Part shown: in pieces, positions 47,074 to 56,200 of the stretch
Position numbering within the stretch: position 1 is the first letter of the stretch
How the letters are laid out: every line of letters starts with the position of its first letter
Source of the DNA: Verrucomicrobiota bacterium
GTDB taxonomy: Bacteria > Verrucomicrobiota > Verrucomicrobiia > Limisphaerales > Palsa-1400
Assembly (NCBI GenBank): GCA_049510745.1
Contig: JBEKYR010000002.1
Span: forward strand, 96,001 to 160,000
Direction: 5' to 3'
DNA: 64,000 nucleotides
Program-made: the position numbers and the translations under genes
Notes under the pieces: generated by a model
What the model was told of the DNA's origin: nothing
The model's input: only the letters and a program-made list of their open reading frames with translations
Database searches by the model: none

Positions 47074-48810
47074 TTAGCCCCGGAGCGGGACGGCGGCGGA
47101 TGCACCGGGTTGCTCCGGCCCGCCTTCGTTCTCCCGGGACAATCGGCCCTGGAGTATCGGCACGGACATCCGCAGAAAAACCGTGTAGCAGAGCAGGCCG
47201 AAGGCCCAGATGCCGAAGCAAACCAGCGTCTCATTGAGGGACGGCCGGTATTCCATCATTTCGCCCAATGGCGTGGGGATGAAGCCGGGGATGACCAACC
47301 CCATTCCCTTTTCGATCCAGATGCCCACGATGCACAGGACGCACGTCAGGTTGAGCCATTTGAGGCTGCGGCTCACGGGCAACACCAGCAAGACCATCGC
47401 CACCAGGTTGAACGCGATCGCCGTCCAAATCCACGGCACCAGCGCGTGATGATGGTGCAGCCCGACGAATAGATATTTCGACGACGCCACATGCAGGTTG
47501 CCTGAATAGAATTCCTTGAAGACTTCGTTCAGCAGCAGGAACACGTTGATCAGCATGGAAACCTGCACGATGCTGCGCAGCGTCATCAGCGCGCGATCGG
47601 TGATCAGCAGCCGCTCGGACATCCGGGACCGGACGATTTTGTTCACCGGGGGCGATTTCATCAGCAGTCGCAAGGCGTCGGCGGTCAGGCTTAGAACCAG
47701 GCTCGGTTCTTCGGCCAGCGCCGTCGCCGTGCGCGGCGTGCCATTGAGGGCCGAGAGTTCTCCAAACTGTTCCCCCGGCCCGGCCGAGCGCGTAATCCGA
47801 AAACGCCCCCCCTCCTGCCTTTTCACCACCACGGCGCCCTGCAAGATAAAGAAGGCCCTGTTCTCGGTTTCTCCCTGGCGCAAAAGCGCGTCGCCGGGCT
47901 CAACCTCCAACACTTCCGCCAGCGGAAGAACTCGCTGGCGGCTTTCCACCGGCACCGACGCCATTTCGGGAAGATGCCGGCAGAGCAGGGCGAAGTCGTC
48001 CAGGGTCGCGGCGCGGCGCCTGGAGGGCGGCAACGGCGCGCCGCCCCCCGCGGGCGCTCCCGGGCCGAGTGAAGCGGATGAGGTCACGCGTCGCACGACC
48101 TGCATGGCGAGGATGATGAGAGCCGGCCCGGCGGTGAACGCCGAGGCCAGGAAACGCGGCCCCACGATCGACGAATTCCAAAACGGCCGCCCGCCCAGAC
48201 CCACATAGAGAAACGCCGTCACGGTGTGGATCGAGACCGCCCAGACGATGGCGATGAAGACGAACGGGATGTAAAACCATTTGCTCGGTTTGCTCTTGCG
48301 ATAGCGGCAGTAAAGCAGATAGCCGCAAATGTGGACGTTGAGCAGCAGGTAGCCGTTGAGCACAATGACGTCCCAACTGAGCATCGATCTGGGAAAGTTG
48401 AACTGCCCGATTCCAGGGATCAAATGCCAGAAACGATCCGGCCGCCCCAGGTCCACCGTCACAAACGCCAGGCACATCAGGATCGCCGCCACCGCCAGGA
48501 GTTCCCCGAAGATGACCAGGTCATGCAGGTCCTCGTTCTTGTAAATATAAACCGGGATGACCATCATGACCGCCGCCGCCGCCACTCCCACCAGGAAGGT
48601 GAAGTTGGCGATATAGACGCCCCACGAGACTTCGTCGCTCATCCCGGTGACGATCAGCCCGTGCGCAAACTGCCGGCAATAGGCGTTGAGGCCCAGCAGG
48701 CAAATCACGCTCAGCAGCCCGATCCACGCGTAGTAGCGCCAGTCGCCCACAAACGCGATGCCCGCGCAACGCCCCAGAAAAACAAGATAATTCCGCGTCG
48801 CGCGCCTCAT
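47074..48810 (-). CDS. NrfD/DsrP-family membrane subunit with inserted cyclic-nucleotide-binding domain
   Basis: TGMSDEVSWGVYIANFTFLVG, VDLGRPDR, HTVTAFL; insert with LLRQGE, FFILQGAV, GPGEQFGELSALNGTPRTATALA. Confidence 0.9.
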   Translation of the reverse strand: MRRATRNYLVFLGRCAGIAFVGDWRYYAWIGLLSVICLLGLNAYCRQFAHGLIVTGMSDEVSWGVYIANFTFLVGVAAAAVMMVIPVYIYKNEDLHDLVIFGELLAVAAILMCLAFVTVDLGRPDRFWHLIPGIGQFNFPRSMLSWDVIVLNGYLLLNVHICGYLLYCRYRKSKPSKWFYIPFVFIAIVWAVSIHTVTAFLYVGLGGRPFWNSSIVGPRFLASAFTAGPALIILAMQVVRRVTSSASLGPGAPAGGGAPLPPSRRRAATLDDFALLCRHLPEMASVPVESRQRVLPLAEVLEVEPGDALLRQGETENRAFFILQGAVVVKRQEGGRFRITRSAGPGEQFGELSALNGTPRTATALAEEPSLVLSLTADALRLLMKSPPVNKIVRSRMSERLLITDRALMTLRSIVQVSMLINVFLLLNEVFKEFYSGNLHVASSKYLFVGLHHHHALVPWIWTAIAFNLVAMVLLVLPVSRSLKWLNLTCVLCIVGIWIEKGMGLVIPGFIPTPLGEMMEYRPSLNETLVCFGIWAFGLLCYTVFLRMSVPILQGRLSRENEGGPEQPGASAAVPLRG

Positions 48811-49763
48811 ACGTCGAAGTAGTAGAAGAAGCGCGGGGAGGTGCCCATTTCCTCCTTCAACTGGATGAAGACGCGTTTGTTTCTCAGGATGTAGGAAACC
48901 TCGCTGTTCGGATCGAGGACGTTGCCGAACTTGCGCGCCCCGGCCGGGCAGACCTCCAGGCACGCCGGATAGCGCCCAATGCGCGTGCGCTGGATGCAGA
49001 AGTGGCACTTCTCCATCACTCCCTGCCGCCGCGGCCGGTTGCCCAGATACGCCATCTCGGGGTTGAGCCGTTCCTTTGGAATGGACGGCTGGGTGAAGTT
49101 GAATCGCCGCGCCCAATAGGGGCACGCCGCTTCGCAATAACGGCACCCAATGCACCAGTCATAATCGATCACCGTGATCCCGTCCGCTTCCTGCCATGTC
49201 GCATGAACCGGGCAAACCTTGACGCACGGCGGATTCTTGCATTGCTGGCACTGCACCGGCATGTAGAAAAAACCCTTTTCCGGGACGGATTCCGGCGCAT
49301 AAAAGTGTTCGGCTTTGTCAATGTCCAGCGAACCGTCCGGCAGCCGCAGCACGCGGATGTATTGAATCTCCGGATCGCGCGACTGGTTGTTCTCCGCCAC
49401 GCACGCATGAACGCATTTGCGGCATCCGATGCAACGGGTCAGATTGAGACAGTAAACGAATTCCACCCCGTCCATCGGCTTCAAATCCCGCACGTGCGGA
49501 CGCAACCCATACTGCTTTTCCACTTCGTCCTCGATCCGCGTTAAAACCTTGGCCATGTCCTGGGGCGTCATCTCCTTGTAATACTTCTGCAGGAACCGCT
49601 CCATGCTGGGGAAATCGTTCATTTCCAGCAGCGGCTTCAGGCTGGCCGCCAGCGCCGCCAACCCCGTCGCCACCACGGCGGAAGTGCGCAGGAAACTGCG
49701 CCGCCCCATGCCGTTGGCCGGCGGCCCTGGATTCCTGGCTGGAGACGACGGTGGATTGTTCAT
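48807..49763 (-). CDS. Tat-exported 4Fe-4S dicluster protein (DsrO/NrfC-like)
   Basis: GRRSFL; CIGCRKCVHAC, CQQCKNPPCVKVCP, CIGCRYCEAACPY, KCHFC. Confidence 0.93.
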   Translation of the reverse strand: MNNPPSSPARNPGPPANGMGRRSFLRTSAVVATGLAALAASLKPLLEMNDFPSMERFLQKYYKEMTPQDMAKVLTRIEDEVEKQYGLRPHVRDLKPMDGVEFVYCLNLTRCIGCRKCVHACVAENNQSRDPEIQYIRVLRLPDGSLDIDKAEHFYAPESVPEKGFFYMPVQCQQCKNPPCVKVCPVHATWQEADGITVIDYDWCIGCRYCEAACPYWARRFNFTQPSIPKERLNPEMAYLGNRPRRQGVMEKCHFCIQRTRIGRYPACLEVCPAGARKFGNVLDPNSEVSYILRNKRVFIQLKEEMGTSPRFFYYFDV

Positions 49764-49764
49764 A

Positions 49765-50409
49765 TCATTCGTGGCTGGCCGGCGCGGCGTCGGCGGCGGT
49801 CATCTCCCTCAACGGATGCGGGCCGGGCGCGGGCTTTCGCGAAGGAAACCGGGGCGAATGCGGGTTGTGGCAGTTCACGCAGTCCTTTCGTTCTATCGGG
49901 CCTTGGCTTCGGTCCCAATACCCGCTGATCCTGCCATGCGCTCCAGCCTCCCAGTCCCGATAGGTCGGCCCGTGACAACTGCCGCACAATTGCGTGCTGT
50001 CGGCGAATTTCAGCTCCCGCCCGTCACGCGGCTGGAGCAGCACGAGATTGGTCTCGTTGTGACAGTTAAAGCAGTTGTTGTTGCGCCCGTGCCGTCCGTG
50101 CCCCATCACGACGTCCGCGTGCTCCGTCGGAACAATGATGACCTGATTGGTGTCCAGCCGCAGCACCGGGGGCTTCTTCTTGTCATGACAAGCGTAGCAG
50201 TCAAAATCCGACAGGTCCGCCCCCGCCCGCGCCAGGTCCGCGTAGGACCGCCGGGTGGTTGACAGGTCAAGAAAGTTTGTGTCCACCAGCGCAATCGCCG
50301 GGCGCCTCCACTGCGTTTCGACCGCGCCGGACAGAAAGGCCAGCGCCAGCGCCGCGAAGGCCGCGGACAGAACCGCCAGGCTGATTCCGGTCTTGGCGTT
50401 GGTTGTCAT
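49765..50409 (-). CDS. Membrane-anchored tetraheme cytochrome c
   Basis: CYACH, CFNCH, CGSCH, CVNCH. Confidence 0.9.
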   Translation of the reverse strand: MTTNAKTGISLAVLSAAFAALALAFLSGAVETQWRRPAIALVDTNFLDLSTTRRSYADLARAGADLSDFDCYACHDKKKPPVLRLDTNQVIIVPTEHADVVMGHGRHGRNNNCFNCHNETNLVLLQPRDGRELKFADSTQLCGSCHGPTYRDWEAGAHGRISGYWDRSQGPIERKDCVNCHNPHSPRFPSRKPAPGPHPLREMTAADAAPASHE

Positions 50410-50545
50410 CGCGTCATGCGGTTCGGTCGGGCCGGCGGGTTTCGTGGCTCACATCGCCCATCAGGGCCGCGCCTTGGACTCCGGTGACGGCCGCGTGGAC
50501 GGAGATGGCCGGACACGCTCCACCTTCCGTCCGGGCGCGCTTGGG

Positions 50546-50875
50546 CTATTTCTTGAACGCGCGAACCTTGGCCACCAGCGCCTTGATATCGTCGTCCGAC
50601 AGGCCCTCGGCGGCTTTCATCTTGGTCTTGTCCCCGTCTTTGATCCCCTCCTTGATCGCCTTGGTCGCCTGCTCATCGGTGAAAGACGCTTGATAGGTGG
50701 CGTCGGTAAAGTCCTTCACCTCCATTTTCTTGCCGATCTTCGTATCGCCCTTGCCATCGGCGCCGTGGCATTTCTGGCAGGTCTTATCCCAGTTCGCCGC
50801 GGCGTCGTCGGCGGTCAGGGCGGCGGAGCTTGCCGCAAGGGCAAGAATTGTCAGATAGAATTTCGTTCGTTTCAT
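50546..50875 (-). CDS. Monoheme cytochrome c, paralogue of 43531-43857
   Basis: CQKCHGADGKG; ends in FKK like its paralogue. Confidence 0.92.
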   Translation of the reverse strand: MKRTKFYLTILALAASSAALTADDAAANWDKTCQKCHGADGKGDTKIGKKMEVKDFTDATYQASFTDEQATKAIKEGIKDGDKTKMKAAEGLSDDDIKALVAKVRAFKK

Positions 50876-51325
50876 AGTTTTCAGCGTATCATTTATTCGG
50901 ATTCTGGCCATGCCGGGCAGCCGCGGCCAAAGCACGGCCCCGGCACAGCTCGTGTTTCTTCGGAAACAACATGGCCGACCCTCCTTGTCTGTGCTGCCCC
51001 GGAATTGTCATTTGCTTCGCTTTTTTTGGCATCTGGCTGCCACAGAACGGATTAGCCGGGGGCAAATCTCCGATGGGAGCAGCCCGCGTCCACAGAACGG
51101 CATGAACCAACCAAAACAAGGGATGCCGCGGCCAATTTTTGGTTAGCCACCACGAGAAGACAAGATGAGCAACTATGGCGCAGGAATTTTTGCCTCTGGC
51201 AAGGCACTCGTGAGCCGCATGGGCGAGGATCGGGGCGTGAGACGGCGCTTGGGTAGTGTACCAATGTAAAATCCGGCGTTCTACTTTCCGCTTGATTCTC
51301 CCGCCAGCGGGGCCAAGGTTTGCCT

Positions 51326-51637
51326 ATGCCTACGCGCCTAAGCAAACAGAAACTGGAAGAAGCAGAGAGCATTAATTCACTGGCCGCCCGCATTGCCGCC
51401 CAAACGACCGGTCAGGAACCGTCCACACCGCAGCCCCCGCCACTCAGGGAGAAAAATGCTGCCGCTGTGGCGCTGGGGCGTTTGGGTGCGAGCAAAGGCG
51501 GAAAGGCGCGGGCTGAGAATCTCTCCGCCTCTCAGCGAAAGAGAATCGCCACAAATGCCGCCAAAATGCGATGGGCTAAAAGAGGCTTTGTTCAAATTTC
51601 CGAATCATCTCCTAAATCATCCTCGGAAGTGGGGTAA
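51326..51637 (+). CDS. Small basic hypothetical protein
   Basis: KNAAAVALGRLGASKGGKARAENLS..RKRIATNAAKMRW, a motif typical of small proteins in mobile regions. Confidence 0.7.
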   Translation: MPTRLSKQKLEEAESINSLAARIAAQTTGQEPSTPQPPPLREKNAAAVALGRLGASKGGKARAENLSASQRKRIATNAAKMRWAKRGFVQISESSPKSSSEVG

Positions 51638-52104
51638 TTCTTGGACATGGCGCGTTCTTCCATATCCTCCCTGAAATCCATAAGCACCTGAATTGGTACG
51701 GATTTATTGTAGAATTCATTATAGCTGTCTGAATCTTGTTTAAGTTGCCAACACGCATCGACTATATGGCCTCTCCTTTGCTGGAAGCTGTCAAACATAA
51801 ACGGTGGTGGTGCAATCTCCATATCGTACCACAAAAACAGTTGTATTTTCTCTCCGTTGGCCTTCGTTTCTTTATATCGGACAACGTGTTTTCGTCTCAC
51901 CTTTCGTCCGCTCGCGTCGATAGTGGTCTGGGTGCGCATGGCTTGGGTAATATCACCAGCCAACCTCGAAAGCTCATCCCTTTGAGGCGCTTTCCATCCC
52001 CTTTTAATTAGCCAGTCCGCGATTTCGTATGGGTTGAGCGCCCCATCTTTAACACTCCTTCTAAACTCATCAATCTGGCCCTGTAGCTGTTTGTTGTAAC
52101 TCAT
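51592..52104 (-). CDS. Hypothetical protein
   Basis: AT-richer ORF starting MSYNKQLQ, 20 bp downstream of the XRE-ImmA gene. Confidence 0.7.
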   Translation of the reverse strand: MSYNKQLQGQIDEFRRSVKDGALNPYEIADWLIKRGWKAPQRDELSRLAGDITQAMRTQTTIDASGRKVRRKHVVRYKETKANGEKIQLFLWYDMEIAPPPFMFDSFQQRRGHIVDACWQLKQDSDSYNEFYNKSVPIQVLMDFREDMEERAMSKNYPTSEDDLGDDSEI

Positions 52105-52123
52105 ATTGTTCCTGTTCAGTAAC

Positions 52124-53251
52124 TTAGACTTGAGGCAATGGCCTTCCCCACCCATCGGTAATTGCTGCTGCGATAACCAAGTCGCGGACTTTAACAAGCA
52201 TTTCACGGTTATGGCTCCATCCAATTTCTTTCAGGTGTTGCAGTTGTCCATTAACAATACCAGGATGCACGCGGACAACTTGTGCAAATTGGTTTATTCT
52301 TTCTTTTGAATAAAATGGTCTGGTTCTTATGATGAAGGATTTTAGCTTTTCTTGTGGGATAAGCATTTCAGCACCTTCCCGATCCGCTCTTTCCTCAATT
52401 TCGTTGAAAGAACCGCAGCGCGATTCTCCAACTAGATCAGAATCGACGGATCGCTTGTCTCCATTTTTTATATGAGACAACTCATGCGATAGCGTATGCC
52501 AAAACCAGTCGATTCTATCGTAACGCAATGAGAGGACTATAACAGGCGCATTCGCTTCGAGCCAGAACGCCGCGCCATCAATCCTAGATCGTGGAAGAGG
52601 CTCTACAACCACAAGGCGAACGCCCAGTTCTGCCAATACCCTCGGCACATGGCGCACTGCCTCAGGAAATTGTGCGAGCGCACGAATTTCAGACAACCCA
52701 GCCTTAAATTTATCACAGTGAAATGGCCTAACATTGAGCACGGACGCAAGTTGACTCGCTTTTGTAACCCATGCCCGCTGCGCGGCAGTAAATTCCTCGA
52801 CACGTTCGGTTTGGCGGGCACTGGCTAAAATTTGTGGCTCTTCGTCAAGCGATTGGATCTTGAAAAATCGGCATAATTCAACTTCCAAGTCCGCTGGATT
52901 ATCGGTGTCCGCAATCCATTGGCGCTTCTGCATGTCTTTGATCGGAGCCACCTCGTAAAGGCGCGTCCGCCTCTGAATTTCACAATCGTCCAGCTCCAAA
53001 AGGGATAGGCGATAAGCATTTTCACGCTCCAGCCAAATTCCTGGTCCGGTGCCAAATGCGATACCGATTGCGACCGCCATTTCCGGTGTTAGAACCCGTT
53101 TTCCCTGCAATAATTCACTAACGATCGGAATATGGCGCCGGATAATCATGGCGAAGTCAGCCTGCGTCCAACCCCTTTGTTGGAGTTCAGCCTTAATGAA
53201 CTCGCCGGGCGATAATGGCTTTTCATCTGTCATCTCGATCAAGATTGCCAT
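52124..53251 (-). CDS. HigA-like XRE HTH fused to ImmA/IrrE metallopeptidase
   Basis: SPGEFIKAELQQRGWTQADFA HTH; LRYDRIDWFWHTLSHELSH (HExxH). Confidence 0.9.
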   Translation of the reverse strand: MAILIEMTDEKPLSPGEFIKAELQQRGWTQADFAMIIRRHIPIVSELLQGKRVLTPEMAVAIGIAFGTGPGIWLERENAYRLSLLELDDCEIQRRTRLYEVAPIKDMQKRQWIADTDNPADLEVELCRFFKIQSLDEEPQILASARQTERVEEFTAAQRAWVTKASQLASVLNVRPFHCDKFKAGLSEIRALAQFPEAVRHVPRVLAELGVRLVVVEPLPRSRIDGAAFWLEANAPVIVLSLRYDRIDWFWHTLSHELSHIKNGDKRSVDSDLVGESRCGSFNEIEERADREGAEMLIPQEKLKSFIIRTRPFYSKERINQFAQVVRVHPGIVNGQLQHLKEIGWSHNREMLVKVRDLVIAAAITDGWGRPLPQV

Positions 53252-53314
53252 AACCCCTCAAATCCGTCAATTACTATCTTACGTAAAACGATAGTTTTTT
53301 ATTTCCGAAAGACG

Positions 53315-53343
53315 TTGACAATCCTTGCCCGCGCAAGCATAAT
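53315..53343 (+). promoter_or_regulatory. Sigma70 promoter TTGACA-N17-CATAAT, divergent from the XRE gene
   Basis: Near-consensus hexamers with 17-bp spacer. Confidence 0.6.
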
Positions 53344-53679
53344 CAACGAGGCTCACAACGAAGGTCAAACCATAGTTTTCTCCGGATTTAGGTGCAAGTG
53401 ATTGCACTACAATTGATTACGATCGTCGTCGTTTGTCGCCACAGTCACCCACACTTGAGCTTATGAAAGCGGGCAAAAGATACCGTGGTTTTCTCCGATT
53501 GCTGATGAGCGCGTGCGGTTTGATTCACTGCGGCTTGACACGATTTCCGCCACGATTGGCAAAGAGAACGGCGAAGCAGCCGAAGATGCAATTGCCGCAA
53601 CAGAGCACGAAGATCATCCGCCTTCGCCAAGGCTTCGGCGGACAAGCAAAGAAAAAGACATAAGTTCCTCTCTTTGCGT

Positions 53680-53842
53680 TCCTTGCGGTGAAATATCGCA
53701 AAATCGCTCATTTCTGAGAAAACTCTCTCACCACGAAGGGCAGAAGATCACGAAGTTTTGAAAAGGCCCATCTGGATGGTTTTATCCGTGTCCATCCGTG
53801 TCCATCCGTGGTTGAGAATTGGGTTGCGGCTGCCGCGCTGCG
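53680..53842. repeat. ~160-bp dispersed repeat, copy of 27100-27260
   Basis: Direct comparison of the two sequences. Confidence 0.9.
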
Positions 53843-54100
53843 TGTTCTGCGGGCGAAAATCTGGCCAGTAAAACCCGCATCTTCCATGCCACATCTCCTT
53901 TGGCCTCAAGCCGTTCCACGCTTTCCACTGCAATAACAGACAGAATAGCTTGCAAATACATCAAACTGTGTCATATTTCCCGCGTGTGAGCGCTCGCTCT
54001 TTGACATAAAGTGCAGCCGCCGGGGACCGCTCCTGTTCGCTCGCCGCAGGAGGCGCTCCAAGCCGCCAGCAATGGCGTCATTCACGACCGCCGCATGGCC

Positions 54101-54273
54101 AATCGCGCCGAATCGTGCCGAATCGTGCCGAATCGCGCCGAATCGTGCCGAATCGTGCCGAATCGTGCCGAATCGTGCCGAATCGTGCCGAATCGTGCCG
54201 AATCGTGCCGAATCGTGCCAAATCGTGCCAAATCGTGCCAAAAAAAGAAAAATCTCAACCACGATTGATAAAT
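54101..54273. repeat. 10-bp VNTR (aatcgtgccg, 14 units, 54101-54240) plus conserved tail
   Basis: 14 units counted, including aatcgcgccg and aatcgtgcca variants. Confidence 0.95.
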
Positions 54274-54327
54274 CAGATCGCACTTCTTCCTTCATCCTTC
54301 CGCCTTCATACTTGCCCTGCAATCGTC

Positions 54328-56169
54328 CTAAAAGTCGGACATTTCCGCCGGGGGAAGGGCGGCCCGGAGGGCGTTGGTGATGGACACAACGTCGATGATT
54401 TCCTGGAAGATCGCCCCGGCCACTGGCGCCAACAACCCGCCCGCCGCCAGGAGCATGCCGCCCATGCTCAGAATCATGCCGCCCAAAACGCTCTGCAAGG
54501 CAATCGACCGCATCCGCCGGCTGATGTGCATGAATTCGTCGATCTTCTTCAACTCGCCTTCCATCACAATCGCGCCTGCGGCTTCGGCGGTCACGTCGCA
54601 GTTTTGACCGACGGCCAGGCCGACCGTGGCGGCCATCATCGCCGGCGCGTCATTAATCCCGTCGCCGACGTAGAGCGTTTTCGCCTGGGTGTTTTCGTGG
54701 CGAACGATGGCCAGTTTCTCTTCCGGCGTTTTTTCCGACTGAATTTCCGAGATGCCCAGTTGCGCGGCCAGGTAACGCACTTCCGCGTCGCGGTCTCCCG
54801 AAAGAATCATGATGCGGTTGAACTGATGTTTGGGGCCGAGATGTTTGATAAACGGCAGCCCGTCGGCCCGCGGCGAGTCGTGGAAGCGATAGCTGGCCGC
54901 GTACTTCTTGTTGACAAATACGACGCATTCCAGTCCCTCCCCCGGCGGCGGGAGGTGCTCCAGGCCCGCAACCGGCTGGGCCAGCGCCTTCCGTCGGCTG
55001 GTGATTTCAATTCTCTCCCCGCCCACCGTTCCCGCCAGGCCCTGACCCGGCGCTTCGGCCACCTCGGCCACCTCCTGCAAAGCCAGATGCTTCTCTTTCG
55101 CCGCGGCCAGAATCGCCCGGGCCAGGGGATGGCGGGAATAGAGTTCGAGGCTGGCGACCTCCGCCAAAAGTTTCTCCCCGGAAACGCCCGGCCCCGCCAA
55201 TTGTTCGGCCAGCCTTGGCTCGCCGTAGGTCAACGTCCCGGTCTTGTCAAAAATCACCGTGCGGCATCGGTCCACCTGCTCCAGGACAATCGGATTCTTG
55301 ACAACAATGCCGTGCCGGGCCGCCAGGGAAATCGAGCCGATGATGGCGACCGGGATGGCAATGAGGAGCGGACACGGCGTCGCCACCACCAGCACCGCCA
55401 GGAAACGGATCGGATCCCCGCTCAAGCCCCAGGCCAGCAGCGCCACCGTCACCGAAAAGGGCGTGTACCAGGCGCCCAATTGATCGCCCAACCGCCGCAG
55501 GCGCGGACGGTTTTGCTCCGAAGCCCGCATCACCTCGGTGATCTTGGCGTAACGCGAATCGACGGCCAGCTTGGTCGCCGTAATGGTCAGGGCCGATTCG
55601 CCATTGACCGCGCCGGAGATGACCGCCGACCCGCGCGCCTTGGAAATCTCGAAAGGTTCGCCGGTCAGGAACGATTCATCCATTCTGCCGTGCCCGGACG
55701 CCACCACGCCGTCCACCGGACAGATTTCATGGGGGAAAATGGCCAGGGTATCACCCAGGCGGATCTGATCCACCGGGATGTCCTCCAATTTGCCGTCCCG
55801 CTGGCGATGGGCGACGGACGGCATCCGGCTGGCGAGGGCGCGCAGGACCGAGGAGGCGTTCTTGACAGCGTAAGTCTCCAGGACTTCACCGCCTGAGAGC
55901 ATCAAGACGACAATCGTGCCGGCCAGGTATTGTCCCAGGGCGACCGAGACAACGATGGAAATACCGGCGAGCAAATCCGAGCCGAATTCACCCTTCACCG
56001 CCTTCTTCAGCAAATCACCGATCAGCGGCGCGCCGCCCAGGATCAGCGCCGCCAGCAGGATTCCCTGGCTCGGTCCCGGCCCCGCGTGCCAGCCAAAGCG
56101 CATCATCAAATGAACGGCAATGGCTGCCAGGGCAAACACCGCAATGACCGTGCTCTTCCGATATTTCAT
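54328..56169 (-). CDS. Heavy-metal P1B-type ATPase (TPCP motif, P1B-5-like)
   Basis: LTGE, ATPCPL, DKTGTLT, HP, GDGINDAP, QEIID. Confidence 0.93.
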   Translation of the reverse strand: MKYRKSTVIAVFALAAIAVHLMMRFGWHAGPGPSQGILLAALILGGAPLIGDLLKKAVKGEFGSDLLAGISIVVSVALGQYLAGTIVVLMLSGGEVLETYAVKNASSVLRALASRMPSVAHRQRDGKLEDIPVDQIRLGDTLAIFPHEICPVDGVVASGHGRMDESFLTGEPFEISKARGSAVISGAVNGESALTITATKLAVDSRYAKITEVMRASEQNRPRLRRLGDQLGAWYTPFSVTVALLAWGLSGDPIRFLAVLVVATPCPLLIAIPVAIIGSISLAARHGIVVKNPIVLEQVDRCRTVIFDKTGTLTYGEPRLAEQLAGPGVSGEKLLAEVASLELYSRHPLARAILAAAKEKHLALQEVAEVAEAPGQGLAGTVGGERIEITSRRKALAQPVAGLEHLPPPGEGLECVVFVNKKYAASYRFHDSPRADGLPFIKHLGPKHQFNRIMILSGDRDAEVRYLAAQLGISEIQSEKTPEEKLAIVRHENTQAKTLYVGDGINDAPAMMAATVGLAVGQNCDVTAEAAGAIVMEGELKKIDEFMHISRRMRSIALQSVLGGMILSMGGMLLAAGGLLAPVAGAIFQEIIDVVSITNALRAALPPAEMSDF

Positions 56170-56200
56170 CAGGTCTGAAAATCATACCGCGTGCCGTCCC

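Noticed and set aside
47074..49763. DsrOP-like genes as evidence of sulfate or sulfite reduction
   Set aside because: No dsrAB, dsrMK or other sulfur-metabolism genes in the window; NrfCD-type modules are generic.
51021..51140. Possible c-di-GMP-I riboswitch upstream of the cytochrome operon (minus strand ...gtggcagccagatgcc)
   Set aside because: Only the 3' end resembles the motif; the GGCAAA/GAAA tetraloop and GCAAA elements are missing. A ccacagaacgg direct repeat 50 bp apart is present but too weak to call.
53433..53761. Short ORFs downstream of the TTGACA/CATAAT promoter
   Set aside because: No recognisable domain, and they run into repeat sequence; cannot be supported as genes.
54101..54240. 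Possible CRISPR array or repeat protein (NRAESCRIVP)n
   Set aside because: Contiguous 10-mers with no spacers and no cas genes; the ORFs arise because the repeat contains no stop codon.
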